A stretch of DNA of 64,000 nt from Marsupella aquatica (lineage: Eukaryota > Plantae > Marchantiophyta), in assembly GCA_973895155.1 (NCBI GenBank), contig OZ316895.1:17340170-17404169 (forward strand). Reading direction: 5' to 3'. A program made the position numbers and the translations under genes. The notes beneath the pieces were generated by a model that did not search any database, was not told where the DNA came from, and saw only the letters and a program-made list of their open reading frames with translations. Below, one piece after another: positions 23,840 to 38,530 of the stretch; the stretch's first letter is position 1; each line of letters opens with the position of its first letter.

Positions 23840-26800
23840 ATATCAGCTGGAGGTACTGGACAGAGCTTTGGAAGAGAATACTATTATTTTCTTGGAGACC
23901 GGTTGCGGAAAAACCTTGATAGCTGTGTTATGGATTGAAGCTCTCAGTCATCTTATTCGCAAGCCAAGTAAAAAGATTGGTGTCTTCCTGGTTCCGAATG
24001 TAGCTCTTGTTGAACAGGTGAGCACTGGTCACAGCGATGTTTGTCCAAGGATCGGGTGCTTTTATTTGAAGATTCATGTGTCGTTTACTTGGATTCATGA
24101 TCGGTCCGCTCTGCTTGGGATGTTTCCTGGTTTGCTTTTCCCAATTAACGAGTGAATTTCCCTCATTTCTCTAACAATAAGTAGACTATCACAAACTGAA
24201 GTCATCACTGCTTAATGGGAATGCTGACAAGGAAAGTGACAAGACATGAAATACAGAATAGCTAACGATGCCACTGACAGGCTTGAGACAGGAGTTTGGC
24301 TGAATTGCCAGAAACGAAACGGAAAGTCAATCTACAGAACCTCGCAGAAAAACGTTAGTCAATAGAAATTCATCCACGGCGTCTATCATGCAAATGACAC
24401 CACCCGATAGTGGATGGGGTGAGCTTAAAATTATATATAGAATGATCTATACTGAACCCATCGGCCAAAGTATTGTATTACGTTTGTTTGGTTGTTCGAG
24501 TGGAACTGTTATTAGCGAATTAAATCCCCCAAAAGTAGGAAAGTGAAACAAAGGCTCGACACACCTGGGAACCGATAAGTCAACTGGTGCCAGGCGCATG
24601 ACACAGCGACTCACATTAGTGAAAACAATAACTAGGCCCAGTCGGATTAATTCCTAGTTTATTTAATGCATGGACTGTAGCTCTCATGTGGACAAAAACT
24701 GAAAGGCACGACGTGCAATCTTCGTAGACAGATCAAGCTTGGGGTGTAAGTTTCTGTAGGAATCCATCTTACGACTTTGTCAATTTGTGTAATCAGCAAG
24801 CTAAAGAGATTGAGGAACATACCAATTTGAAGATTGGTAAATTCTGGGGATCTATGGGAGGAGGTCACCGCTGGAGCTATGAATGGTGGCAAGAGCAGAT
24901 TTTGAAATACGAGGTAATTTTGCCCTCAGATAATTCGTCCGATTGCATGGCGAAGGCCTGGAATCCTTCGTGACAGTTTTGTTACATTTCGCCACATTCA
25001 GGTTTCCTGGTCTCAAGGTTTCAGGACGGATAAACTATGAACTTTGGTGCAATTGTGTACACACAGGTTATTGTCATGACTCCCCAGTTACTCTTCAACA
25101 ATCTGCACCACTGCTTTCTAAAGATGGAAATGATAGAGTTGCTTGTGTTTGATGAGTGCCATCATGCAGACAAGAAGCATCCTTATGCTAACATAATGAG
25201 GGTATGTGCAACCTGGGCCCCTTTATAGGATAATTCACATTGCTCGGCATGGTTTCCTCCTAAAAGCTTTGATCCGCTAAAATTTAACTTTTTAACGTGT
25301 CGCACTCTAAATAGGAAGATAACTGGTCCTTGCTGAAAACTTTTGACATGTATAAGAGTAGATGGACAGGTTTTTTGTATTTTATCTGCATGTTGAATCA
25401 TTTCGGTAGTCCCCACGTATCTTTCATGCTCATTGAGATTGTTGTCCTTTGTCAGGATTTTTATCATGAAAAGAACCATAGCCTCCCGAAAATCTTTGGA
25501 TTGACAGCTTCCCCAGTCAACGGGAAAGGTTAAGTTTTTTCCTTACCGAATCTTCAAGGCTGGGCACATCTCTTTCTATCTATGGCGTCCTCTGAGTAAT
25601 GACGTTGCTTTGAATCGAGTCGGAGCTTGATGCTAATTAGACAGCCATTTCAACGGATCGGGCATTTTTTTCTGGTGAAAAATTGCCATCATAACCAGCA
25701 CTTGTCCCAATGTTTAGAGATAAGATCTCCTGATGCTTTGAATTTGGTATCCACAGCGGCACTGCTTTACAGTCTGCAAAGTTGTAATAGTACATTCTAG
25801 AACCTTCCTTGGTATAATGATATTCTGTCTTAAAGACTGATCAGATGCAGCAGTCGTTGCTAGTTGAATTTGAAATCGCCTCTGTCACTCACAATCAATT
25901 CATTACTAATTTCAAACGGAGCATTGCCATCTGTTTGCTACTATTAGTCTGTTGAGTCTGGCCTCTCTAGAAGTCATATTCTTCGGACTTATTGGTTTAG
26001 AGTTTACCAAGCGAGAAGCTCATAGCCGGATCTCCTTCACCGGAAAGGGGATATCAATTAATCGAATGATGTCTTGAGCCACTCCATTGATCTTGGTCAA
26101 GCTAGTGTTCTTGATCTTCACAGACCTGACAAGTGTTTATGTGCCTGGGTTGAGCAGCCGGTAGAGGTGGTTTGCCACAAAAAATTGATGGTCAAATTCA
26201 CAACCTGGAGAACATGCTGCACGCCAGGGTACATCTCTTTTTAAATGTTTGTCTGATACCAAAATTCCAGTCTCGTCATCTTACCAGATAATGACACGAG
26301 TGCCAAATGATAAGGTTTTGGGAATCTGCTGGATCGGCAGATTGAACCTGCCAACAACTGGCGTTCTTTTGCTGTCATAGTTGTGCAATAATAACCATTT
26401 AGCTTGTCAGTCGCCTGTGTGCTAAGTAATTACGGAATTGATTACAGGTGTATACTGTGAAAGATCGGATGGAACTGGAAAGCTTGCTGCCAAACCCAAG
26501 TCAATACATCCGCAACTACCCGCCCTCATATGAGCTTCAGCATGTCAAGTATTGGTGTGGCTTACTAAGGGAGCTAAAATCCAAGGTAAACTAGTTTTTG
26601 AGCACAACTCATACAAATGTGTCCCGTTGAATTGCATCATGTTTATACCTGTGAAACTTGTTTCCATCTTTGATGATCCTTAATCTTCTTAGCATTTAGG
26701 GATATTGAACTGACGTGTTGTTCTCTCACGACCGCAGTACGTGAACTCATCCGATGTTGGTGCCACCGACGTCGAAAGTTTGAGGACCTCTGTGGATACG

Positions 26801-29800
26801 AGGATGGACAAGAAGGAAATGGATGATGTTTCTAAGGTGTATAACAAATTGGATTGGTGCATATATGAATTGGGCCTGTGGTGTACAATTGAGGTATAAC
26901 TCTGATTAGACCCAACACTCTTGCGATTTTGAACCTCAGCATCATACTAGTACTAGTCATATGCACTCAGTTGGCTTCACGCATGTACTTACTATAAAAT
27001 GCCAAATCTACCAGAAATCTTCCAACTGATAGGGTTGTGAAATAATCATGACAAGTCCAGCATTGTGGAGTCGACTCCGTGTCACCAAATCTTCGATTAT
27101 ACTATTGGGCTTAAGGAATCCGCTAAAATGAACCGGACATGTTTGTGCCGTAAATCTGGCCTTAGAAGCGGTGGAGTCTGATTGCCGGTTCACCATGGAC
27201 AAATCTCTAACATCTTTTATCGGCTGCAATCTAACTTAGATGTTAGGATCTGGCATATATACTCAATTGCACCCTTGGACATGTAGTCTGAGCCAGGCAC
27301 CGGAAGCAGAGGGTTTAATTTAGAAGGTCCAAAATGAAACCTTCCCTCTGTTAGACGTGTAGGAAACGTCTGCACGTATGCTGCAGAATCTGCATGCAAG
27401 ATAGGAGCAGCTAGAAATTGTGTTAAGAGGATACGAATGTGATATTACGGAACTCAAATGACCGGTTTTTATTCGCGAGTTCCCAATGATTCTTTACAAG
27501 AATTTTTACTCCAATGAAAGATCACCGAAAACATCTCGTATATCTTCCTAGTACAGTTTAGCCGAATTTTATTTCCAGTATGACACTTTGCGTCGTTAAA
27601 CGTGTGCCTGCTGGACTGTACGTTTCGATCACAGGCGGCAGAGATGCTTCTAAATAAAGAAGAGCTATGCCAGGGAGAAGAGAACATTGCCAGAGGCGCA
27701 AGGGGAGCATTTTTGAGGGATGCACTTTCCATGCTGAAGACAGCCGATTGGACAGGTTTGTTGTTAAATTCAGTTCAGACACGCATTGGCTTGAATAGCA
27801 TTGAGACTGTAGATTTGTCCTCACGATTCACCACGACAGACGATTTTCGAATTGATTGTGGGGAGCACAAGGGCTCTTGGTGCCGCTGATGCGAGTCATT
27901 TTCAATTACAACTACTTCACAGATAAAGGTGTCACAAGGGAGGACCCAGAAGATGGCCGATTCGATATAGATGAAACACTGCTATCACCAAAGTTGTCGT
28001 GTCTGGTGGACGTTATCAAGGAAAACAGGTTAGTTCAGTCTGCCCCACTTCTGCGTTCTGTGTGTTTCATCAATTGACTACTAGTTCTTGATTTTTCGAC
28101 AGAAAAACAAAAGCAAAAGATACTGTGAGATTTTGATCTTCTGCAAATTTCTCTTGTCATGCTTGAAGTCCTTTAATGCAAAGAAGTCTGCTGAACTCAC
28201 TCAATTGGAGGTGGCGTGAGAGGCAGTTGAAAAGAGTGTCTCCATCTGTTTCATGTCTAGATTGTTTCTTGTGAAGGTCATTAGAAATTGAAATAGAAAT
28301 TGGATGGTCGACCGTGAAGTCTCCCTCATTATTTTTAAACATTACACTGGACGTCAGCAAACGGGTGCTAATCCTTTATAGGTGTACTTTTGAGAAACAC
28401 TTGAAATGAGAGCAATTATAGTGTTTCTGACTTCGCAAAAACTGGGACAGGGAGAAATACACGAAAGGCATTGTCTTTGTGGATAGAATAGTGGCAACCG
28501 AGGCTATCTCAAGCCTCATTAATAGTCTGAAGTGCTTGTCCTTCATAAAATGCCTGCCGTTGGTGGGATCCCAATCCATGTCACAGAAGTCTCAACAGCA
28601 AGCTATCGAGAAGTTCCGATCAGATGAGGTAACATCTGCTATTTTGTTTGTTTAGATTCACTTCTTGCTTTTTTCCGTTAAATAGGGTCAGGTTGCTACT
28701 TGGTTGTGACTAATCTCCTGTGATGATCTGCAGGGTCCCTTCCCAAAGTGCCAAACCAGGCTCTCATGCATTGATTGCTGGCCTGAATTTGTTGTCTTAG
28801 ATCGTACTATGTTATCCTAGATCGTTTGCTGTTATTAGTGAGCCTAGTTTTCAGTCAGAGCGGTCCTCCGTTGTTTGGAGGTTTCCTGTGGGGATAGTGC
28901 ACTAGATTCCATCCCCGTGAGTATAAATTCTTGGAGAGACGTTGGATCACACAGTAGAGGTAGTAATGACATGTCCAATTCCTATTGTAGGTGAATATGC
29001 TGGTGGCCACAGAAATAGCAGAAGAAGGTCTTGACATACAAAGTTGTTTCATGGTGATTCGATTTGACGGTGTTCCCAAGACCGCCCGGAGTTCCATACA
29101 GTCTCGAGGCCGTGCTCGGCAAAAAGGATCAACTTATATAGTTCTTCTTGAAAGGTGACCCAATGTCAATAGTGACTGTTTGCGACCAGTTAAACGAAGA
29201 ACGCTAAAATTTGTTTTCTTTGTGCATCATGTTTTACTTCAACTTCAAGCTTTGCTGTAGCTGGAGTCTGAGACAAAGGTACTTGTTACGGAGTTTTCAA
29301 ATCCAGATGAAATTGTAGTCCAGCTTGCAGATTAGCTGAAATCATCATGCTTGCTAGACTGATCCAATGGTCCCTTTGCCGGCGCTTGTTATCTTTATGA
29401 CAACTGCCTTGTGGGTTAAGGAAAATAGAGAATGCACAGTTGGTTCTCTTAGTTTGTCTCGTGTGATCTGCACTCATCAAAGGGTACACCTGAGTGTGTG
29501 GCAGCTGACTATCAGTGTAGATTAATGAGCGTGATGTCTGCTATTAATGCAGCAGTAACGTAGCATTTTGTGGGTTGGGATCCCTGCATGATAGAATCCG
29601 TCGAACAACTGTGAGGAAGCAGAATGAACCAGCATGAAATAGTGAACATCGCTCGTCAAGGTCTTAACATACTGTTATGTTATATCCAGTGGCAATCAGC
29701 AGCAGGTCAATGATGTTATACAGTTGAAAGAACAGGAAAAGTTGATGTGGGAGTTCACGGAAAATCGGGGTGACAAGCAAATGGAATTAGAGGAGCCAGA

Positions 29801-32800
29801 AATGTTTGAGATGGAACTATTTGTAGTTGAGAGCACTGGCGCAAGGGTTACTACCGACTACAGTGTGCCACTGCTGTATCGTTATTGTTTGAGGTTACCA
29901 GGGGATGAGTAAGTTTCTTCTTGTCATTTGTCACTAGTATGATAACAACTGTAGATAGGACTGATTTTAAAAAATTGAATTCATAGCATGAAGTATTACG
30001 GATCTATCATGGTATGTATGCGGAAAGCACAGTATGGCTGGTGAAGCTTTTAATCTGTTACTGCTCAGCCACTGATATGCGGTGCTGCTTCTTACAGGTT
30101 CACGCCTTGTCATGGTGTGCAGGTTTTATCAGCCAGCTCCTGAGTTCTTCTACTCTGAAGTGTCTGCGGGAATAATCTGTGAAGTAAAACTTCCAGTAAC
30201 TGCTCCCTTTCGACATGTCGTGGGCCACCCATGCCAAACTGAAAAAATGGCAAGGAGGGTGGCTGCATTGGCAGCGTGTAAGCGTCTTCATGAAGAGGGT
30301 GCCCTCACAGACTATCTTCTACCTGCCTCCGAACTTGAGGAAGCAAACACAGGAACGGAAGATCCCACGAGACCGAACCTACAAGGTGTGGTTAGCATGT
30401 CGTAGCCGATAACTTAGAAATCAAAGTTTGAGCTCCTTAGTGACTGGCATTCCGACTGTTGCAGGCAGCTAACAATTCGTTCTGTAATCTGGTTCAAAGA
30501 ATGGCACATTCTGGACATGGTATTCCACGACTTTGTAATCTGCAGGTGTTATCAATTTGATCGATCTTGCTTAGAATTTGTACAACCTGTTTGTGATATG
30601 CTTTAACATTGAAATCCAGGTAGTCACTTGAAAATTCGTAGAACCTTTCGGGTAGTTGGATTGTAGTCAGTGGGTTTGGAAATGAAAGTCTTCGTTGAAG
30701 TTCAAACTCGGTCCTTGGCGTATTCTCTGCGGTTCAAGCAGAGATGTTCAGAAGGGATCGAAGGAAAGATTTTATAAGCCGCTGTCAAACTGCTTAAGCA
30801 CGGAAGTATTATTCTTCTATGGTCGCAAGAGAACATTCTCCTGATCTGAAGTGCATGAGGATTGGATCTTTAGCAGATTGGATCATGTTGTTTGAGTTCC
30901 CTGCCCTTTGTTCGCTTTTTCTTTACTAAGGTCCTAATGTCTGTCATCAACATGCAGATCCTACGGCCCAGATGGAGCTTCACTCTACTCTTGTACCAGA
31001 GGCTTTCCGAGGTCGATGGGCGAGTGCTTCTTCAAAAATTTCTTTGTTTGTTTTTGCCCTTCACGTTACAGCTGAGCCAAAAGATAGAGACTATGCAGAG
31101 TTTGCTCTCTTCCTGGAAGCAGACCTGGACAATAATACGAAGGGTACCGTAACTGAGCTATATCTAACGAAGGGACGAATAGTAAAAATTCAGCTGGTTT
31201 CCCGGGGGCAAGTTACGTTTGAAGTCGATCAGGTACTGTAAACATTCATTACCCATTCATGTATTTCAACCTTCATGGGTTGTAATTTATTATTAGAATT
31301 CCTTTTCCAAGTATATGCTCGAGAAGCAGGTGTGGTTCTTGCTTGTATCAATGCTGCAGAGACTAGGACTTAGGAACCCTTTTTCCAGACCAATTTTCAA
31401 CAATATCCATTCCTCTAAAGAGTGGGTTGGGCTCTTCTAAACTCGTGAAAATTATTGAGAAGATACTGACACTGAGGGGAACTCCCTAACCTTCCACCGG
31501 CGTCGAGCCTTGACCTTTGGAAAAGAACTGACGTGGACTCCTGCCCCACACATCTTGCAGGTCTTTTTTGTAATTATTGTGTTGTGGTACACTTTTTCCT
31601 AATGCAGTTACGGGATGCTATGAGGTTTCAAGAAAAAATCTTCAACATCACGTTGGGTCCAAAGACTGAACAGGACCCTCAACATCTTAGTGTGCCAACC
31701 TTACCAAACTGGGACCAAGGGGCCCTTTATCTCACCCTCCCACTGCTACTGTCTACCAGAAGCCCAGTTTCAATTGATTGGAAAACTGTGCGAACACTCT
31801 TGACGGAAGTTGTTCCGGGATCTCCTCTAGTGTCTCAAGCTGCAAGGGAGGATAGTATTGAGGATGAATCTTGTCCGTCTGACCACAAAAGCCAGTCAAA
31901 GACTTGTACTTTCTTTCACATGACAAATGGGCGTGTTCCCCTGGAGTCAGCGATAAATTCTTTAGTGGAAACGCCCCACAACGGTAGACAATATATTATA
32001 GAAGATGTGCTTTGGAACATGGATTGCCACAGTAGTTTTGGATATGATCACAGCGGTTTGGGGTACAGTCTTTCACAGACGCAGAAACCTTCGTCGTACC
32101 GAACCTACGTCGACTACTATAAGAAAAGGTAAGTCAGCGCAGTGATATTTCTGTTAAATTCAGGTGCGTCGACTGATTTCTATATTCGCTTGCTGTCAAG
32201 GAGTTGCTCTATCTCACATCATATTTGTAAACTGCAGGTATAAGCTGGACATATTGCATCCTAAACAATTCCTGTTGAAGGCAAAGCCATTGAAGAAGAT
32301 GCACAATCTTCTTGTTGACCGGACAAAGGCCGTACCTGACAAAGAGTCAGGTGATTCAATTCTATCTTTGCTGACAGGGAGATGATTTACAGGTTATTGT
32401 TTTTCAATCTGGATGGCTTGACAACTTGGCCATGGAAATGCCTTCATATCCAGGACTGATGAATGCCGGAAATCAAGGCTTTATAGTTCAACTTCACTTT
32501 TCCGTCACAAACGAGTTTTCATGGAAAGGGGAGTATGTTATAAACGTTTATATGAGCAGAAGCTCACAATAAATGGGACAGTTCCCGAAAGTACCACTGA
32601 TTATATTGTAAATTTTGAGAGTCTTAAATGGGACGACTGAAAGGAAGGGCAATTTCCTGGCTTTCATAACCGGCTTTAAAAATCCTATTTTTGTAATGCT
32701 TGCAGGCTCAGTTTCAAAACCAGAAAGCCCTGTGGAACTTCCGCCCGAATTGTGCTCCTTAAAAGTACTTGGGTTTTCTTCTCAAGTTGTGAACACACTG

Positions 32801-35800
32801 TGCTTGATCCCATCTTTCATGCATAGAGTTGAAAAATTCCTATTAGCAACTCAGTTGCAGAAAGAACTCGAGGAAGCTTTCAGTGAAGCAGCAAAGGTGT
32901 CTCCCAAGACGGTAGCTCGCTTCCCCCCTTAAACTCATGAGTTCAATTTTATGGCTATGAAGTCCTGGTAGTCTGCTACTATTGTTGGACCTGGTTGGCT
33001 TTTTGACTCAGATATTGTTGACGCTTTGTAGGTTCTTCAAGCGTTGACCACAGCTAGGTGCCTGGAAAGTTCGAGTCTGGAGAGACTTGAGTTCTTTGGT
33101 GATTCGTTTCTGAAGCTCGCAGTTAGCAAACGTCTCTTTCTGGTCCATGATAGAAAGCATGAAGGTGTACTCACTAAGATGCGCCAAAGTGTGATCTGTA
33201 ACTCATCTTTACACCGACGGGGTGTTGCCCATAAGTTGACAGTAAGTTCCTGTCCGTTGTCTAGATCACAGTGCTGGCCAAATTGTGAAAGAGTACCTTA
33301 CATGTTTAATATCGGGACCAATAAGTGAAGGAGAGGTTCTAGACGATAAATTCTAGTTTACAGTGTATTTGTAACGAGTCTCTGAGGAGTGAACTGTACA
33401 TCCTATGGGTATCCATTTAGGTACTTGATTGATTTTGCTCATTTTTTATATGTTTACGTACTGCGAGTGCTTGCTTGTGAACTAACTCTGGAAGATCGTA
33501 TATCTGGCTGTGATTCGGTAAGGTATGGCTTCTTCTTTTGTCTTGAATTGCTCATCTTTTCTCGGTGAAAGTTCCTCAATGGCAGGAGCATGTTTGGTCT
33601 AGCACTTTTGCGTTATCGCGATGCATTGATGATTTTTATCAGAATTTTCATGTCCCTGATTCTGTTTCATGAGACAGTCGACCTAAGTTGGAATTGTTGG
33701 GGATCTACTACAGATGTATATCAACGATGAGCTTTTTAACCCACTGCAATGGAGTGCACCGGGTCGGCCGGGTCGAGTGCATTGTGATGCAAGCAACCGA
33801 GCTGCGATACATGCCGTACAACTCATTGTAGATGCATCAAACCCCAATCAAGTCAAATGCAGTGAAGGGCATCGCTGGCTACAGAAAAAGGCAGTCGCTG
33901 ATGTGGTAGAGGCTTTCATTGGAGCACACTTGGTGGAGGGGGGTTCGGAGGCTGCCCTTGCTTTTATGGAATGGGTGGGAATCAGTGTATATTTTGACAA
34001 TAATCTAATCGCTGAAGCCAGTACTCGCTGTGCTGGTGACACTCGTTTTGTCCAAGGAAAAGATCTTAGTGAACTGGGGAAAATTTTGGGGTACTCATTT
34101 CAGAACAAAGCTATTCTAGTTGAGGCCCTGACACACCCATCGTTCCAAGTTCCTTCTGGAAGCTACCAGGTACGTCAATCTGTGCAATATCTATTTTCAT
34201 CTAGAAATTTAGTAAGCTCTTGCAAGCTGGAGACTTTGATTCCAGTAAGGAGAATAAGGAAGTGTTGGTACTCTCTTTTACAACCTACAGAGAAGTATTC
34301 TTTTTAAATCTCGGACGAATTTCGCGTGTACGTAATGAATGATTTACGTGACAGAGGCTGGAGTTTCTTGGCGATGCGGTACTGGACTACTTGATTACAC
34401 GTCATTTTTATGAAAAATTGCCGCACTTCCCACCTGGCGATCTCACGGACCTGCGATCAGCAACAGCGAGCAATGAATGCTTTGCTGATGTTGCAGTTCG
34501 GCATCACTTGGACAATTTTCTCCTCTATGAGAATGCAAGTCTTGCAGAGCAAATTAAGAAGTTTGTGCTGTTTATAAAAAATAAGGAGCATTTCTACGGA
34601 TGGGAAAGCAACAAAGGTCCAAAGGCAAGTTTAGCCAAATATTTGCGGGACTTGTCCCTTGTGCTGTCTCTCTTTTCCATGAAGGGAAGACCCTCTAAAG
34701 TTGTTCAGAAGTATACCTGTGCTTTTTATTATCTTTCATGTAAGGAATTCATTGCAAAATATTTTATTTCTAGCATATACACTCAAATTGGCTCACGAAA
34801 ACATTTCTGTACTCGTATCGCGGTTGAAAGGTTTTGTGAATTACTGGCAGGTTCTTGGTGATTTGGTGGAGTCCCTTGCTGGTGCAGTATTTGTTGACAC
34901 AGCATTCGATACCGAAAAAGTATGGTCTGTCTTTGAGCCTTTGCTGCAACCCATTGTAACTCCAGACAAACTTCGTCTGCACCCTGTGCGTGAACTGGTC
35001 GAACTGTGTAACATGAAAAAATTCAAATACGACTACCTGTCTACATCAAAACATACCCAAAGACTTGTGGAGTACGTAGTATACACAGGGAAAGAGACAA
35101 TTGTGGCACAGGCTGAGAAGCCAGACAAGAAGAGCGCAAAGCGACTAGCAGCGTATCAGATGTTGAGGAAACTGAAGGTTGTTTCCCGATCATGACATAT
35201 GTTCTTTGCTTGCGAATGCTGATTGCACAGGCCGACCTCGCTGTTACTCTTTTACGTTTTTCTTACAATCGTGGGTCGAAGTGCGTCGGGCATGGGTTAT
35301 ATGAATACCTGTCAACATCGTTAGCGTTGAGAAAGCGTTTCGGGAAGACCCGTTTTACCACTCTTGTTGCGCTCAGCAGTTGTCTGCTGAAATCGTGATT
35401 GAAGGGTTGTTTTCAATATCTGTACATTGGTGCCTTCGTTGTCCACAATTGGTGTTGATATAACTGTTTTGTAAGCCTGACGTCTTATTCTCTAATTCTC
35501 CTCGTACTGTATTGACTCTCAACTGGTACCACTACTGAATTCATAGTTTCCGGAAGCCCAATCATTTAGGTCCCATATGTTCTAAGGTCATTCAGTTGTT
35601 GAAACCTAGAGTTTTCTCTCACCATCTAGAAATGATTTTTGTTGTGTTTCGTCAGAATGAAGCCATAAGGAGAATATCTGAATTTCCCCGCCTATATCTC
35701 CTGGTGCACTTTGAAAGGACGAAATATTTGATAGTTGTTGATACTTCATGGAACTGTCAACTTGCAGGAACTGGGCTGGCAGCACCCATATCGTGCTCTA

Positions 35801-37572
35801 ACTGCAGCTTTGATTTCTCAAGGCGGAATGGATCCTCTTGGTCAAGTCATTGAAGTGTGTAACCTGGGCCATGTGGGAGATGAGTTGAAAAGTCCAGCAC
35901 ACAAATCCCGGTCAAGCTTGGAAATTTCAGAAGAGGATGTCGTGGTTTCAGTTATGCAGGGGACATTATTGACAGGAGGGTGTTTGGACCTATCACAAAA
36001 GAGGCAAACTGTACCTTTGTCGGAGGCTATGGAAATCGACTCGCAACAAATTTCACGTGAGATTGCTCGAGACATTTCACAAGAAATATCGCAAGAGAAC
36101 TTTCTTGACAGCTGCAGGGGAGGTGATCAACAGGACGATGCAGAGATGCACTCGGTTTCAAACTCAGTTGCTGCATCGGAGCTGTTGGAGATGAGTCGCA
36201 GTGCCTCAAGTGATTCTCTGGAATGTCTAACCACTTCTGATATTTCCAATACTATTGGTGCTGAACAGGGGGGGCCAACAGATCTCAGAGATTTGACCGG
36301 AAGTCTTCAATCAGATGTTGCTTGTCGAGAAGAGATTCACGTTGATGGATCATGTCAGATATCTAGCCACTATGAAGCTCCTTCCTGTAAGCCGTATTAT
36401 GGATACGTCACGGATGACACCATCAAATGTGAGGCTTCATTTGTCAAGCAACAGGACCCTTCGACAAGCATTACACCATTGGACACCAGCCGCTTCCAGC
36501 CTGCTGTTTACGGAGAGGGTACTGTTGATTCTACAGATGTGAGTAGTGATGTGCAGTTACTTATTGATGCACTGGTCCGCCATCCAGAAGTCCAGCAAGG
36601 CAATGTTGGTGCTGGTGTAGCAGCGACCAAGGGGAATTTGAAAGAGGAAATATATGAAGCAGCAGCTCAAAATGTGAACGGTGTGAAGGGATTTCTCAAT
36701 CAGGAGAACGCCATACCGTCTTTATCTCGTGAAAACAAATTTTCAGGTTTGTGTTTCGAATGAATATGCACAATGTCTTACGGTTTGATCAAGTGAATTA
36801 ATATCTCCTTCGGGGATATTGAATTTGCTTGTCTACCTAGCAGCTTACTAAGTCACAGGATGCTTAGTCCTAGCTGAATGAACTAGTTATATGAATGATC
36901 TGCGTAGCGAAGCTCTTGAATTGCAGTAGCCTCTAAAGTTTCGAATGACTTGTTACTTATAGCCCATCACCACCATAGATAAATTGTCGTCGATTTTGTG
37001 GTGAGCAGAGTCGTCTGTGCATGCAAATTCCTTCGATGAGAATGTTGGGAGGCCTAGAGAAGACCTACACAATCTATGTGCCAGATACAGATGGACCATG
37101 CCACAGTATGAGCCCTGTTCAGGTTATCCACAAGGACCTCCTCATGCACCCAGGTACTGCTGCCATGTTTCGGTTTCGGTGGTTGCTTTCCTGAGTCGTT
37201 TCAAGCACGGCTCGTATCTCATTGTTTGTTGGTGGATCCCTTCATGATATGGCTTGGCTTCAGCAGCCATTACGACTAACCTGATCGGCAATGCTGCAGA
37301 TAAGATCTGGGTATAAATCTATCTGAAGGACAAGTACCTGATTTTGTAATATTTTTCCTGCGTACAGATTTGCATATTTTGTGAGCATCAGCTGTTGGTT
37401 AATGAAAGCTGGGAGTTTGTACGACTATGACATTTGTGATATCGAATGCGAGGGCGAACCCATGAATAGCAAATCACGAGCTATGGATTCTGCTGCATCT
37501 TGTGCCAAAGCATGGCTTCAGGAGAATTTTGACTCTGGCAGGAGCCCTGTCCAGGCTACATGCTCCCAGTGA
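23840..37572 (+). CDS. DCL4: Dicer-like endoribonuclease with DCL4-type architecture (start codon exon not resolved)
   Basis: Spliced exons encode: DExD helicase ([36 protein letters not shown]); helicase-C ([21 protein letters not shown]); DUF283 ([44 protein letters not shown]); platform/PAZ ([25 protein letters not shown]); RNase IIIa ([18 protein letters not shown]); RNase IIIb ([21 protein letters not shown]); dsRBD1 ([19 protein letters not shown]); dsRBD2 ([29 protein letters not shown]). Two dsRBDs and [15 protein letters not shown] favour DCL4. Confidence 0.88.
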
Positions 37573-38167
37573 CTTAGTCAATGGGTCCACCATCTCATAG
37601 TTCTGCTTGTTTGAAACGAGAATAGGCCAATTTCATGTTGTACAACTGAAACAGGGCAAGCATACTTGCGTTTTAATACATCTTTGGCCAACAGCATAGC
37701 TAAAGCGTGCTGTTGGCCAAAGATCTATTGCAGTGTAAGTGGTGCTTGCATCATGGATAAGAACAGCTAGTGTCCTAATTGTTCTTATCCATGATGCAAG
37801 CACATGTCTTAGGTGACACGTTGAAATTGTTGAGACTCGTTGTCGTTCAGAGGTTGAAATTGTTGGAAATGGGTTCCACCCCCCGTAGCGGAAAAGTGGA
37901 AGACACTCCAGGATCAGCAATTGCTACTGATTTGATAGTCCAAAAAAAACAGAGTATTATTGCTGCCACCAAACTCCAGGCATGGGCTTGGTATTCTATC
38001 CCTACAGAGGGACATATGCCCTCTATGTTAGTCCCGCTGGGCTTGGTATTAGGATACTTCCATCCCAACATGAGATGTATGCCTTCTATATCAGTCTATT
38101 GAAAAGTGGACCCATACGTCATTTATCATGCAAAATGTATGTATATCCGTTTCATATTATGATATAG

Positions 38168-38530
38168 TCATTCATTTGCATTATACCACTGAAAGTTGTA
38201 GTCCTGTTGTCCAATGAGAAAGGAGTGTGGGAATTGAGAACTTGACAGAAATCAAACCTTTTTTTCTCATTTTTCCTGGAAGCTGCCCTGCATGTCTACC
38301 TAGGGTATACCTCCTATGACCACTACTAGGAGAGATGGACTAAGAAAATTGCCGTCATTCATTTGCATTATACCACTGAAAGTTGTAATCCTATTGTGCA
38401 ATGAGTTAGGTGTGAGAATTGATAAGTTGACTGAAATCAAACATTTTTTTATCAATTTGCCTGGAACTAGCCCTGCATGTATACCTAGGGTATACTTCCT
38501 ATGACCACTACTAGGAGAGATGGACTAAGA
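38168..38530 (+). repeat. ~186-bp tandem duplication downstream of the DCL gene
   Basis: GTCATTCATTTGCATTATACCACTGAAAGTTGTA...CTATGACCACTACTAGGAGAGATGGACTAAGAAA occurs twice. Confidence 0.9.
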
